Shown here in pieces: positions 1-13,180 of a stretch of DNA of 64,000 bases. Numbering within the stretch: position 1 is the first letter of the stretch; each line of letters starts with the position of its first letter. A program made the translations under genes and the position numbers. Source of the stretch: Octopus bimaculoides (lineage: Eukaryota); the NCBI RefSeq assembly GCF_001194135.2, contig NC_068982.1:19736897-19800896 (forward strand), written 5' to 3'. The notes below the pieces were generated by a model. That model ran no database searches. It saw nothing but the letters and a program-made list of their open reading frames with translations, and was not told where the DNA came from.

Positions 1-59
1 GGGAGAAACAACAATTGTAGCAAATACTGAATTCTAACTTTGATACCAGATCAGATATT

Positions 60-297
60 TTACGAAAATTTTATTAAATATTGATTTCAAATTTTGGCAC
101 AAGGACAGTAATTTCACGGGAATGGATATCTCGACTACATTTGACTTCAGTGTTTGACTGGTACTTAATTCTGTCGACCCAGAAATCCTGAAAGGCAAAT
201 TCAGCTTCGGCTGAATTTGAACGAAGTACGTAAAGACAGACGAAGTGAAGCTAAACATTTTGCCCGGGTTACAAACGATTCTACCAATTTGCCGCCA
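60..297 (-). mobile_element. tRNA-derived SINE, family B (about 12 copies in window)
   Basis: Minus strand reads a GGCGGC..GGTAGAATCGTT head, a B-box-like GTTCAAATTC and the shared core CCTTTCAGGATTTCTGGGTCGACAG; it aligns by eye to copies at 318, 18823, 35000 and 58395. Confidence 0.8.
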
Positions 298-317
298 TAG
301 AATGGTATTAAATATCT

Positions 318-531
318 GTTTCAAGTTTTGTCACAAGGCTAGTGATTTCGGGAGAAAGAGGGAAAGTCGATTACATCTATCCCAGTTCTCAGCTGGTACT
401 TATTTTATCGACCCCGAAAGGACGAAAAGCAAAATCGATCTTGTCGGCAATTGAACTCAGACCGTAAATAGGGACGAAATGCCGCTAATCATTTTACCCG
501 GCGTGCTGACGATTCTGCCATTTAGCTGCCC
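318..531 (-). mobile_element. tRNA-derived SINE, family B, tandem second copy
   Basis: Contains the family core cccagttctcagctggtacttattttatcgaccccgaaaggacgaaaagcaaaatcgatc and the head cggcgtgctgacgattctgcca. Confidence 0.85.
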
Positions 532-1018
532 TACAATGGTATTACATATCCCCACGAATCTCAGTGGTTAATACAGTTACCAATCTGGAATAATGAAAAG
601 CCCTTGTAAAATTTGAAATCAGGAAGTGAAAGAATATAAGTAAATAGTAAAAGGGTAGAAAAGGAAGTATTGTGTACCCTACTGTAATGGTTCTACCAAT
701 TCCCTGAGCCTGAAGTACACAAATGCTGAATGGAAAAATAAAGATAATTATCCAAAAGAGATAGAAGGGCATTACAAATAAGAGTAACTAAAGTCATGAA
801 GATTGATAAAAATAAAAATAAAACATATTACTCCGTAAGGAAAAAATAGTCCATACAATATGATCATATACCGTTAAGCGAACATGTTAATGTGAAACAT
901 GTATATTACTTTCACAATGGAAATGCATATATCTAAAATTGCCCACGTATATATAAGCACATTTATTAATATATAAATGTAAGTTAATTTTTTTAAATCT
1001 TATTAAATTAAGTATGAA

Positions 1019-1088
1019 GGATGCCCACCGTTAAGAGCGCGAGCTACTAACCCCAAGATTCTGAGTTCAATTCCAAGCAGTGACCTGA

Positions 1089-1124
<36 letters not shown>

Positions 1125-1305
1125 TCTAAAAATAGCTTAGGAATGAGAATCCAGGTTCGAAATTTCCCCAAGACACCTGATGAAGGCTTGAGGGTATTTC
1201 AGCCGAAACGTTGTGTTAACAACAAACAAGATGAGGAGAAATATCCGTCGAATGTAAATAATGTAAATAATGTACATAATTCCTCATCTCTTAAATATAG
1301 AACTG
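1019..1305 (+). mobile_element. SINE-like element: tRNA-like head, (TAA)n, then a hammerhead-bearing 3' body
   Basis: Degenerate A box, B box GAGTTCAATTCC (about 1063-1074) and (TAA)n at 1093-1121. The 1122-1305 body recurs at 58833-59017. Confidence 0.7.
1172..1217 (+). ncRNA. minimal type I hammerhead ribozyme motif
   Basis: GACAC-CTGATGA-A-GGC(T)TGA..TCAGCC-GAAA-CGT-T-GTGTT: stem I GACAC/GTGTT, intact core, stem II, palindromic AACGTT helix III. Confidence 0.75.
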
Positions 1306-2937
1306 TACGATTCATATTTTTGTAACTCTCTGATAATCCTTTCCAGCAGTTCTTCTTCTTGTATTCGAAGAGAACATTTAAGATCTTAATTTAGAAATGA
1401 CGCATTTTAATGAAGTAAGCTTCAAATTTTATTTTTAACCACTATGACACAAAGGCTAAACAATATTTTGGTACATTTACGTAAATTTATATTCGCTTGT
1501 TATTCGTGTCTCAACAAAGTTAAGTAATGCCTTATTACAATGAAAATAACGACACATATATTAACAGCCGCGAACTTAAGTAATATGAAATTTCTATGAC
1601 GAGACTGACAATTATTACTGCTAAGAAATTTGGAACGTTGATATTATATCCCGAGTAAGATAATGGTTTACCCCCATTTGCAATTTATGTACAAATTCTT
1701 AATCAATTAAGTTGCTTCCTTTATGTCAACAAAGAATAGTTTATGCTAGATATTTAAAGATATATACATGATGTAAGGGAATATACTATTAGTCAATCCA
1801 GCAGTTGATGGAATTAAGATTTTATTTGCTCGTACAAATCTAACAATTCAAGCATATTGTATGAATATGAACTTAAGAACTAGTCTGAAAATTATGTTTA
1901 CATACAAAGTAAAACGACTTTATCGTAACTACAGGGAATTAAAGCGATATGAAAGTACCCGACTTAAGAAAAAATACTACTGGGGACGATTCATTCGAGT
2001 AAAAATTCGTGAAGGCAGTTTAACGACTGAAGCAGATAAAAGATAACTAGTGGGACCCGTGGAAATTCCACAGAACGAAAAATATTAAGAGAAGTTATTT
2101 AAGGAAAAAGGATGATTAGCATTTTTATTTTTATTTTGCTAAGCTCTTTCACTTCCAGTCACAATAACATATATGACTTTTGCTAAGCAAATTATATTTC
2201 TCTCTTTCTCTCTAAGTCTTCAACAAACTTTTAAACTATGTAAGTCCCCTCTTCATGCCTTTAACATCTCTCTCTATCTGTTCACCTCTCAATTCCACTA
2301 GGCATATGATTAATAGCATAATGCATCGGCTGGCTGTCTGCTCTCTCACTCACTCTCACGTTCCCTCTTCTTCTCCCTCACTTCACCTCCTATTCCCTTG
2401 TAACAAACTAAAGCGTAAAGTGTGAACGAACAGGCAGACGAATAATACAGATTTAGCTCAATAAATAAGACTCGTTTCATTATCAACACATTACCATCAC
2501 CACCACCACCATCATCACTATAGTTGTTAATAACAAAGCTCACTTCAATTCAGTTCAGTTCAGCTATTTGTTTATACCTACTTTTTCTTGTTGTCGATGC
2601 ATCTCTACTCTGACAATACAAACGATTTATCTATCTCTGTCTCTCTCCCTATCTTAATGTAATTGCCTCCCTTGAACATCTCTCTCTATTTGACTTTCTT
2701 CAACCTCACCACCAGAACGTCACTCTCTGCTAAATATTGCATCCTAGACATATCTCTTCCTCTTCACCTTATTCTCCTCACTACAATATGTCGTTAACAC
2801 TCTTCTCTCCCTCTTTTCTCTCACTGACTTTTTCTCTCGCTCTTCTCCTCTTACTTCAACTAAACATGTGACGCATTTGGTCATATTATACATCTTTCTC
2901 TACTTCTTCCTTAATTCTTTCATCTCTACACATACTC

Positions 2938-3000
<63 letters not shown>

Positions 3001-4362
3001 CCACACTTTTACTCAACCTCTCAATCACTCCACTTCCACTTTGCAAACCCACTAAATTATAACGGGCGAACGCACAAGCAAATTATTATATACATGCTAT
3101 AAAGCCATTAACGAGCTTTAACAATATGAATAAATCAGAAATAATATATTCATCACAGGAAATTTTGGCTATTAAACAAATAGTAATCAAAAGATTGCTT
3201 ATCCAAAATATTGAAAGTAATACCGAAATGAATTGATTCCTTATGTAACACTGAGGACCAACTATTTTAATAGGTAAAAGATTGTAAGGTCATGCCTGTT
3301 GTTAGAATAGTAATTAAGTTCCACGAATAATTTCAGTAATCTGATGCCTCAGTTCAGCTAACATTACTCTTCTTTCTTGTGAGATCCAATATTAGAATTT
3401 TTTATTTCCATACTAAAAAGACATATTTGTATTTAAGTGTTCAGAAGTGACTTTTTAAAAAGCAAAACGTGAAGAGTTAACGAGAATTGTTTTTCCATCA
3501 AGATGAAGTACACTAAAGACATTACATGACACTCTACTACACGTTGCCTAGTAAGTTTTATGCGTTACAAAATGATGTAAAATACACCTTTACATAATAT
3601 ATAGAAGGCTTTTATATTCTTATTTCATTTAAAACGTATCAAACGATTTTTGAATGATAAACTATGCGAAGGTTCTCATAATTCCTACCAACAAGAATAT
3701 TAATAAACGATAAGAGACGGGAATGTAAACGAAATTATGTGACACATTTCGTGTAATCCTTTGTAAATATTTATGCGAATTCCCAACAAGCTTCCAAACA
3801 AAATCTATGCGCGTATGCAGTAAAATATCGATAGCTGTCGGATATATAAAATTTGTTTTCCTTTTACATTATAATAATTCTTTAATATATTCCTCAAATT
3901 TTATTATAGGGTATTTTTTAAAAATTTCAGATACGTTGGATGACATATAGAGAGATTAAACTATAACTGTAATAACAAGAACTCGAGAACAGTTACTGAT
4001 AGATTTATGATGTTTGAAAGTGAATTATTCCAGTTTGGAAGAAAAAAAAACAAAGCTATACACTGTCTACATTAAAGAGATACGCGTGTATAATAATACT
4101 CATGTTTTAGGAACTTAAATAGGGAAAAAGATGACAGGCATTATGGTTCATGGCTTCCTATTTCGATGGCAAATGAGGCAACATGGTAAACTTCAAAAGA
4201 GGGGGAATAAATATAAATACATTTCCAAACATAAAAAAAATAGCCTGCAATATATGTAAACAAATTAAAATAATGAAGTGAAATAATGTTATAAATTCAT
4301 ATGTATGTACCTTATTCCATGAAAGATACATTACACACAGTGCCGATATATATATATGTATG

Positions 4363-4433
<71 letters not shown>

Positions 4434-4541
4434 GTGTGTGTGAGTGTGTGCGTGTGTTTGCTTATAAGTATAACGTGTGCATACATGTATGTATATATCT
4501 ATCTATTTATCTATCTATATATGTGGATGTATATATGTATG

Positions 4542-4607
<66 letters not shown>

Positions 4608-5443
4608 TGTATCAAACATAAATTGAAAACAGACCACAAAGGATATCGCGGTACACGTGTTTCAAGCTTTATAAACAATCTGTCATTACGTCATTATATT
4701 GTTGATATAAAAGATGGTTTAAAGCTATCTTCAGCCGCAAACATTGCTAGTCCAAAGATTACATAACAGAAAAAATATATATATATTTAAAGGAGTTTGA
4801 TTCGATTCTGTGCTACTTTAAGTTTCGCAGGCCCCTAACGGGAATAAGGGAAGCTCGATTACTTCAGGCTAGTACCACCTACATATGAGATAAAGGCTTT
4901 CATAATGGCCATGGAGAGGAATAAGGTTAATTTCCGTATTAATGAACCCTTGCATATCCACCCACTTAGCCTGATAATTAATAACTAATCGGAGTTAAGC
5001 TGGTGGCTTCTATACCTTACCAACCGCCCCTAATATCGCTGCGACTAAGACCTGCATCACCATCACTGCGACGATAAGTGTTACTGTTGTTTGCCAGCGC
5101 CATGTCTGCCATCGCCTGCTGCGATGAGGTTTGCTGCTGGTTTCAGCCACCACTTTGTCAACGATTGCTGGAAGGACATATAGTATCAATGCCATAACCG
5201 ATTACTACCACATCATTTACCATCTTCGCCAGCAACACTGATGTAGACAACGCCATCACCTACTATTACTATGGCCGTTATCATCACTACTACCACACAC
5301 TACTACCATTTACTTCCATGGTCAACCACCATTACCACCGCTGTTGCCAACCTTCAACCAACCTTGCACCACGGCCCCAAATGTGACAGCTACGACAGCA
5401 ACAACATCATCATTTGAAGAGCTACTGGTGGTAGCACATGTAC

Positions 5444-5517
5444 CAGAGTAAAACGGGTTCTCTCGCCATCCGGCAATCCAAATGGCAGGATCTATATAGG
5501 CACACATTTTTGTAATT
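5444..5517 (-). CDS. candidate exon (ITKMCAYIDPAIWIAGWRENPFYS), possibly GPCR/opsin TM7-like
   Basis: Unique sequence with acceptor tctttcggggtgtAG, donor CTG|GTACAT and one open frame. K-x2-A-x2-D-P-x-I-W spacing resembles opsin K-x2-A-x2-N-P-x-I-Y. No homology search was run. Confidence 0.25.
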
Positions 5518-5631
5518 CTACACCCCGAAAGATAAGCCTTTTGCGCCCCTACTATTTAAATGTTCTTCGACTTCCATCTCTGCATTTTTAGAAACTTCCC
5601 TCATTTCCTTTTTCATTTATCATTCTAATTC

Positions 5632-5681
<50 letters not shown>

Positions 5682-5840
5682 CTACCTCATTTCTTATATG
5701 TAATGATATATATTCCTTTATATGTTTTACTGTTATAATTATGTTATACCAACTCTCAGATATAGTGCTATTCATGCCACTAGAGTTCAACATCCTTGTC
5801 ATATGCAACTTTGTACTTTGCATATATCACTATAAGAAAC

Positions 5841-5873
<33 letters not shown>

Positions 5874-5898
5874 CAGACAGACAGAGAGAGACAGAGAG

Positions 5899-5935
<37 letters not shown>

Positions 5936-6435
5936 AAAGTTGAGAATCAGAAGTATAGGGAGAAATGTTAGGAAATATAGGGCTGAAGTTGAATGTGATA
6001 TAGTTTCATAACGTTGTGTATTATGATGGAGACGTTAAGCTTCCCTAATTTTCAGTAATTGCCTGGAAGTGCGTTGGCGCATTTATGTGTGTTCATTGAT
6101 ATGATTTCTCATGAAACATTTATATCGATATCCCTCATGAAACATATCCTGGCTTTTTTTTTTGGCTTTTTTCTTATCTTTTATATTTTCTTTTTGTTTT
6201 TGCCCTGCTAGCCTTCAAGTGTGTGCTCTGTATTAATTCTCCTCACACATGCACACGTGCGTGCACATGTGCACATATATACAATTGAATGTATGTTTAT
6301 ATGTATGCATGGATGCACACTTGTTAAACAAGCTATTCAGGCAAGCCAGCGTGTCAAAGTGAACTGAATATTATTAATAAATTTTACTCTAGTGAATGTA
6401 TAGAGTAACACATTAAATATATATATATATATATA

Positions 6436-8067
6436 CTAGCAGAGCAACACGGCGTTGCTCGGGAATGAAATTGTTGCTTATATACTAGAAGGAAAAAAGC
6501 AAAATATGCTGTATAGAAATCTGAGGACATTCTGTAGATGGACTCTCAGATGAATGATGACTGGGCACCTCTCATGAATTGGAAAATTGAAGATTCGCCA
6601 AAAAGTACTTGGTACTTGGAAACTTTTAGAAAATTAAAATGTGGCTTAAATGAAAAAAATGATTTACGTGAATATCCTCACAAGAGTAATTGAAATAAAT
6701 TGCTATTGTGGAACCCCTCACGCACGCACGAAAGCACACGCGCACGCGCACGCGCACACACACAGAGTATCACACATCAGATGAAATGGAAGTGTGTGTG
6801 TGTGTGTGTGTGTGTGACAGAGAGAGAGAGAGTGAGAGAGAGAGAGGTTTGGTGTCAGGTATACGTACATGCATAAATATGCATACATCTTTGTGTGTGT
6901 GTGTGTGTACGTGTGTATGAGAGAGAGAGAGAGTAAATCTATACTATATATAAAACAGAGATGTGTGTGTAATCGACTTCACCAAATGCTTCCATACTTG
7001 TGATGCGTGAATAATTTGACCTCGGATAAATGTTAGGCTCTTCATTTGATTTTTTTTATCTCTAATTAAAAATAAATAATATTGCTTTATATTTAAGATT
7101 CACTTCTTTAAAAAGGTTCCTCAATGTCAACTTCCGGTATTGACGTAACAACGGCAAAAAGCTTCATTCTCTATTTTGTGTGTGAGTGTGTGTGAGTGTG
7201 TATGAGAGAGAGAGCGAGTAAATACTACATACACACCGCTCTCCCACTCTGTCTCACACACATACACACGCACACACACACCCCTTGACTCACTCACACT
7301 CTGTCTCTTACAAACACACACATACATAAATGTATACAAACATATTTACAAAGACACACGTGTGTATGCGCGCGCGTGTGTGTTTGTAAGAAACATAGTG
7401 CGAGTGAGTCAAGAGCTGTGTTGTCATATGCATACATCCAAAGATGTATGTATATTTATGCATGTACGTATACATGACAACAAACCTCTCTCTCTCACTC
7501 ACACTCTGTCTCTTACAAACACGCACATACATAAATGTATACAAACATTTTTACATAGACTCACGTGTGTATGCGCGCACGCGTGCGTGGGGGGTTCCAC
7601 GATCGCCATTTATTTCAATTACTCTTGTGAGGATATTCACGTAAATCATTTTTTTCATTTAATCCTCATTTTAATTTCGTAAAAGTTTCCAAGTACCAAT
7701 GAGGCTTTTTGGCACATCTTCAACTTTCCCCATTCATGAGAGGCGCCCAGCTATCATTCATCTGAGAGTCCATCTACAGAATGTCCTCTCAAATTTCTAT
7801 ACAGTATATGTTGCCTTTTTTTTCTTCAAGTATATAAGCAACAATTTCATTCCCGAGCAACGCCGGGTGCCTCTGTTAGTACTACATACACACCACTCTC
7901 TCACTCTGTCTCACACACATACACACGCACACATACATCCAAAACTGATGGATGCATATGACAACACACTCCTTGACTCACTCACACTCTGTCTCTTACA
8001 AACACACACATACATAAATATATACAAACATATTTACAAAGACACACGTGTGTATGCGCGTGTGTGC

Positions 8068-8126
<59 letters not shown>

Positions 8127-8269
8127 GACAGAGACAGAGACAGAGAGAGACAGAGCCAGTGAAGGGGTGTGTCGACAATTATACGTACATACATAAATAG
8201 TCATACATTTCTTGTACGTATGTGTGAGAGAGAGAGAGAGAGTCACTGAAACATCTCTCTGTCTCTCTG

Positions 8270-8304
<35 letters not shown>

Positions 8305-8859
8305 TGCAGGTATACACACAGAAAAGATGTATGCATTTGTATTTATGTATGTACGTAGACATCACAACACACCCCTTCACTCACACACATACAGAAACAC
8401 ACAATTACGGAAATTAACGAAGTGTGCGAGTTCAGAACGAAGTCAAACCTGGAGTGTGTGAATGAGAGAGAGAGAGTGAGAATATATGAGATGAACATGG
8501 AACGCCCCAAAATCGTATAAATAAAAGCATGTTAAAAACTATCTTGTACGGAATATTGACATTTATGAACTTCGTAAATATGTGCTCCAGTAATTGATCG
8601 TAGTAGAGAGTGAGAGACGCCGCCGTTTTTTCACGTCCGTACCGGAAGTTGACAGTGAGAAACCTTTTTAAAGAAGTGAATCTTAAATATAAAGCAATAT
8701 TATTTATTTTTAATTAGAGATAAAAAAAAATCAAATGAAGAGCCTAACATTTATCCGAGATCAAATTATTTATGTATCACAAGTTTGGAAGTAAATAGTG
8801 AAGCCGTTTTCACGTGAAAAGCGATTACACACACACCTCTGTTTTATATATAGTATAGA
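6436..8859 (-). mobile_element. non-autonomous Helitron (outer copy, interrupted)
   Basis: On the minus strand: A|TCTATAC at 8859, 3' hairpin GAGCAAC-gccgt-GTTGCTC, then TGCTAG|T at 6436. Internal microsatellite-rich units. Confidence 0.85.
6938..7879 (+). mobile_element. non-autonomous Helitron (inner copy, same family, opposite orientation)
   Basis: A|TCTATACTATATATAAAAC ... CCCGAGCAACGCCGGG-tgcctctg-TTAG|T. 6938-7170 is the reverse complement of about 8605-8859, and 7585-7879 of 6436-6725. Confidence 0.85.
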
Positions 8860-9193
8860 TATATATTATTACTTTTATCAAGGTGAGCAATAAAACCAAA
8901 TAATATACATATTTATATACATACAAATGCTCACCATTGTATATAATACCGCTAGTGCATGCATTTTTTGGACAGGTATCGACACTTCAATAACAATTAT
9001 TTAAAATTTTCAGAGCCGGTTCCACTCCCAGAATAGCGTGTGCATGTACAACCGATGGACCTATCCCTATTCTCATAACCCATATTCGTATATAGAACTT
9101 TCTAATTACTTCCTTATAGTTATTTCACAAACATTAGGAACAGTCTAATCACATTCAAGCACGTTATCAGAATATTTACAAACATATATATAT

Positions 9194-9519
9194 GCGCTGG
9201 AGCGGCTGTGTAGTAAGTAGCTTACTTACCAACCACATAGTTCCAGGTTCAGTCCCACTGCGTGGTACCTTAGATAAGTGTCTTCTACTATAGCCTCGGG
9301 CCCCAAAGCCTTGTGAGTGGATTTGGTAGACGGAAATTGAAAGAAGCCCGTCNNNNNNNNNNTGTGTTTACGTCCCCGTAACTTAGCGGTTCGTCAAAAG
9401 GGACTGATAGAATAAGTACTAGGATTACGAAGAATGAGTCCTGGGGTCGATTTGCTCGATTAAAGGCTGTGCTCCAGCATGGCCGCAGTCAAGTGACTGA
9501 AACAAGTAAAAGAGTAAAA
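9194..9519 (+). mobile_element. tRNA-derived SINE, family A (CORE-like centre)
   Basis: Head gcgctggagcggctgtgtagtaag, B box ggttcagtccc, centre aagtgtcttctactatagcctcggg..ccttgtgagtggatttggtagacggaaa, tail gactgaaacaagtaaaagag. Many copies in window. Confidence 0.9.
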
Positions 9520-10204
9520 TATATCTAACTCATTTGGTGTGTCAAGTAAATCAGTCGCATATTTGCTATCTGCACAATACGTAAATATTAGGAAGCTGTA
9601 ATTAAAATCCTGAACTTTCAAAGTGTTGCTTCACTTTCTTAAGTATCTCCTGCCTGACGTAATTTGAAACAATTGTTGTTGCGACACCATTTGACCTTTT
9701 TGGAAAACAGAAAAGATAGTTTGGAGAAGGTAGCAGGAGAATAAGTAAAATGCAGCGATCAAGCAGAGGTGTCAACTGGAAATATACGGAAGAAAGGAGT
9801 GATTCATTATTGTCAGCTAAAACAGTTGCGCTGAAACTTTAAAAGATATTACTGTGGGTGATTGAGTCCGTTCGTGTACCAGTGTGTATGTATGCGTGTA
9901 TAACCGGAGAGTTGGGACTTCCATTGAATAAATATCATGATTTACAAAAATGTTTTCAAGATGGTACTCCAGCATTGCCACAGTCTAATGACTTAAAAAA
10001 TGTAAATCATAAAAGGTAATATAAAATGAGAATATACCTAAAATATACTGTGGCATTCATTTGCTCATTTTCTGGAATTAATGCTCAAAGATACCCTTAG
10101 AGTAGCAACTGAGTTAATCCTAGTGTTTTAGTATTTGTTGTAGACTCAGTTTATTGTTAATTCTACTGGCTTGGAGTGGGTTTACTTCCATCTTTGTTTT
10201 CACT

Positions 10205-10395
10205 CGTCGTCATCATCATTTAACGTCCAATGTCCTTCCTGGTATGGGTTGGACGATTTGACCAGTGCTGGCTGGGGAGCTACCCTAGACTCTATTCTGA
10301 TTTGGCATGGTTCTTATGGTTGCATGCCCTTCCTAATGCCAACCCCTTTACAGAGTGTGCTCGGTGCTTTTATGTGGCACTGCACTACAGGACAT
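10205..10395 (-). repeat. retroposon 3' tail fragment ending in a (GAT)n-type tail
   Basis: Minus strand reads ttggcattaggaagggcatgcaacc...cgtccaacccataccagga...ggacgttaaatgatgatga, a common RTE-type SINE/LINE 3' end pattern (from recall). Confidence 0.55.
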
Positions 10396-10958
10396 GAGTC
10401 ACAAAAAATGGCACACGTATTGTGCAGCTCAAACAGCGTTTAACTTCATTACAAGGCCGAAACTCATAACTGGTGGGTGGAATTAATCGTAGATCGTTAA
10501 TAAGGCAAAATGTATCAAATCCGAATCAGTAAAATGACAACAACGAGTGTCCTAAGGGGGTTGGAGTGTATAGAATGGGTGGGGAAGGAGTCGGTGGCTT
10601 GGGTGTTGACTGAATATTGGTAGTAGTGGAGGTTTGATAAAGCCAATGATAGAGCTAAAGGTGCAGACAGAGTGTGCATCGTGGGTAAGGGGCGAGTAAG
10701 AACAGTGGGAGGAGAAGTGCAGGAATAATGAGAAGGGATGAGCAGGGGAGAAGCAGAAGAATTCAAAACGATGATGGAGGTTTGTGCTTGCTATGTGAAT
10801 ATTGTGACTTAATTGAATGGATACTTTGAGTGACTTCATTGGAGGTGCGGAAATTAACATTCTTTTACAAAAGTAGTTTTGTTTAGCCTAATTCAAAGGC
10901 TAAGCAAAGCTGAAAATTGGCCTTCACTGTCAGCACTATTCTTTCTTTTTAAAGAATA

Positions 10959-11013
<55 letters not shown>

Positions 11014-11369
11014 NNNNNNNNNNNNNNNNNNNNNNNNNNNNNNNNNNNNNNNNNNNNNNNNNNNNNNNNNNNNNNNNNNNNNNNNNNNNNNNNNNNNNNN
11101 NNNNNNNNNNNNNNNNNNNNNNNNNNNNNNNNNNNNNNNNNNNNNNNNNNNNNNNNNNNNNNNNNNNNNNNNNNNNNNNNNNNNNNNNNNNNNNNNNNNN
11201 NNNNNNNNNNNNNNNNNNNNNNNNNNNNNNNNNNNNNNNNNNNNNNNNNNNNNNNNNNNNNNNNNNNNNNNNNNNNNNNNNNNNNNNNNNNNNNNNNNNN
11301 NNNNNNNNNNNNNNNNNNNNNNNNNNNNNNNNNNNNNNNNNNNNNNNNNNNNNGATCTGTTAAGTATGT

Positions 11370-11425
11370 GTAACCTCGGGAAAGCAAAGGGAAACACAGT
11401 TCTCACTTTGGTTTTCCGAGGTTAC
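11370..11425. other. 56-nt near-perfect hairpin, pre-miRNA-like
   Basis: GTAACCTCGGGAAAGCAAAG pairs with CTTTGGTTTTCCGAGGTTAC: 20 positions with 1 G.U and 1 mismatch, around a 16-nt partly paired loop. Confidence 0.4.
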
Positions 11426-12053
11426 GGAAATCTCGGTATTCTGCTCTGTATACTCACTGCAAGGAATCATTCTTCTCCATGATCATTATTTCTTTGTATT
11501 ACCACGGCCGGTCATTCAACCTTTTAGAAATATATTCGTTCAATGACAACTTAGTAACTTAGAAAATAAGGAAGCTCGTTCACTATTTAGTCCCAGCTAC
11601 TCTACTGATAGTAAGACACAATGAAGGTTTTATGAATGGGTTAGTTCAATCATTATAATGTTAGATACGGAATATTCTGGAGTTGTCTGAGAACAACAAC
11701 GCCTTTAACAACCATATCATATGTACGTCATATCATTAAATGTATTTCGATGCATAAAAACATAAAACAGTTTAGCTGGAATCTGTATAACATTATACAG
11801 GTATAGCTAACATAGTTCAGAGTAAGGTCGTGTTAAGTATTTCGCTTAACCCTATTTCTGACAAAGGTGTGGTGTCAATATGATTCCTCCTATATTTCAT
11901 TATTATTACTATTATTATTGTTGTTGTTCAGTAGTTTTATTTTTATAACGTGCNNNNNNNNNNNNNNNNNNNNNNNNNNNNNNNNNNNNNNNNNNNNNNN
12001 NNNNNNNNNNNNNNNNNNNNNNNNNNNNNNNNNNNNNNNNNNNNNNNNNNNNN

Positions 12054-12096
<43 letters not shown>

Positions 12097-12217
12097 TCAA
12101 AACGGCAAAATTTGTGATCGTGAGGATTCGTGACTTTCAGTTTTAATACATTTGGCACAGTTTTGAAGCTTTTATTCACGCATTATGTTTATTCACGCAT
12201 TCTATAAATTTTATAGG

Positions 12218-12693
12218 TACCGTAATCCTCGAGTATAGTCCAACCTTGAGTATAATACGCAGGGGATTTTTAGGAGGCTGTACCTCAGAAAAACCTAAAC
12301 CTTGTGTATAATATGCGCCCCTTCTCTAACTTCAGTCAAGGAGGTATATATAACGTACTTGGTCTGTAAGCATATATACGGTGACGTTCTTTAATATTAT
12401 TGTATATATAACATAATGCAAACGTGTAGCTTTTTTCTGCACTTTGCAGAAAATAAAGAATTAACAGTGAAAAATAAATATTAAGTAAATTACCTTTACA
12501 TATTTATCACTATCAGTTACAAGCCCGACATCACAAAATGCGTCTGAATAAACAGTGACGGACAGCAAATAGAGACTCGGACATTGCTTAGAAAATATTT
12601 TTCATTTTTAACCTCGTATATAGTACGCACTAGGGATTTTGACCTTTAAATTTTGGGGAAAAAAATGCGGATAATACTCGAGGATTTATGGTA
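12218..12693. mobile_element. MITE, Tc1/mariner-pogo type
   Basis: TIRs TACCGTAATCCTCGAGTATA / TAATACTCGAGGATTTATGGTA, TA ends, no ORF. Confidence 0.8.
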
Positions 12694-12797
12694 TATCGTC
12701 ACATCCCAACCCCAACATATTTTACCTTTTAATATGCATCCATGTATACGTTTTTTGCTACTTTATGCACGATTTACTCGTGTATTTTTAGATTCTA

Positions 12798-13121
12798 CGG
12801 TATTTTTTGGTTATCACACCCCCATTAGAAATTGCCATTAAAATATTGGGTTACCTCCCCACTAAAAAATTGAGTTTAGGTGGCAACAAGAGATTGGAAA
12901 AAAAAAAAGACTTAGATTCTTTTGATTCAATATTTCAACAAACTGTTGACGTTTGGCCTCCTCTATAGACTTCGTATGATTTGTTATAAAAACGTTATCA
13001 GATTCAGTAAGATGTTTAATTTTTTCAGCTTTCATGTTTATTAATATTTTCAGTTTTGCATGATTTCTTATAAAAATATTATCATAGGCGCAGGAGTAGC
13101 TGTGTGGTAAGTAGCCGGTCG

Positions 13122-13180
<59 letters not shown>

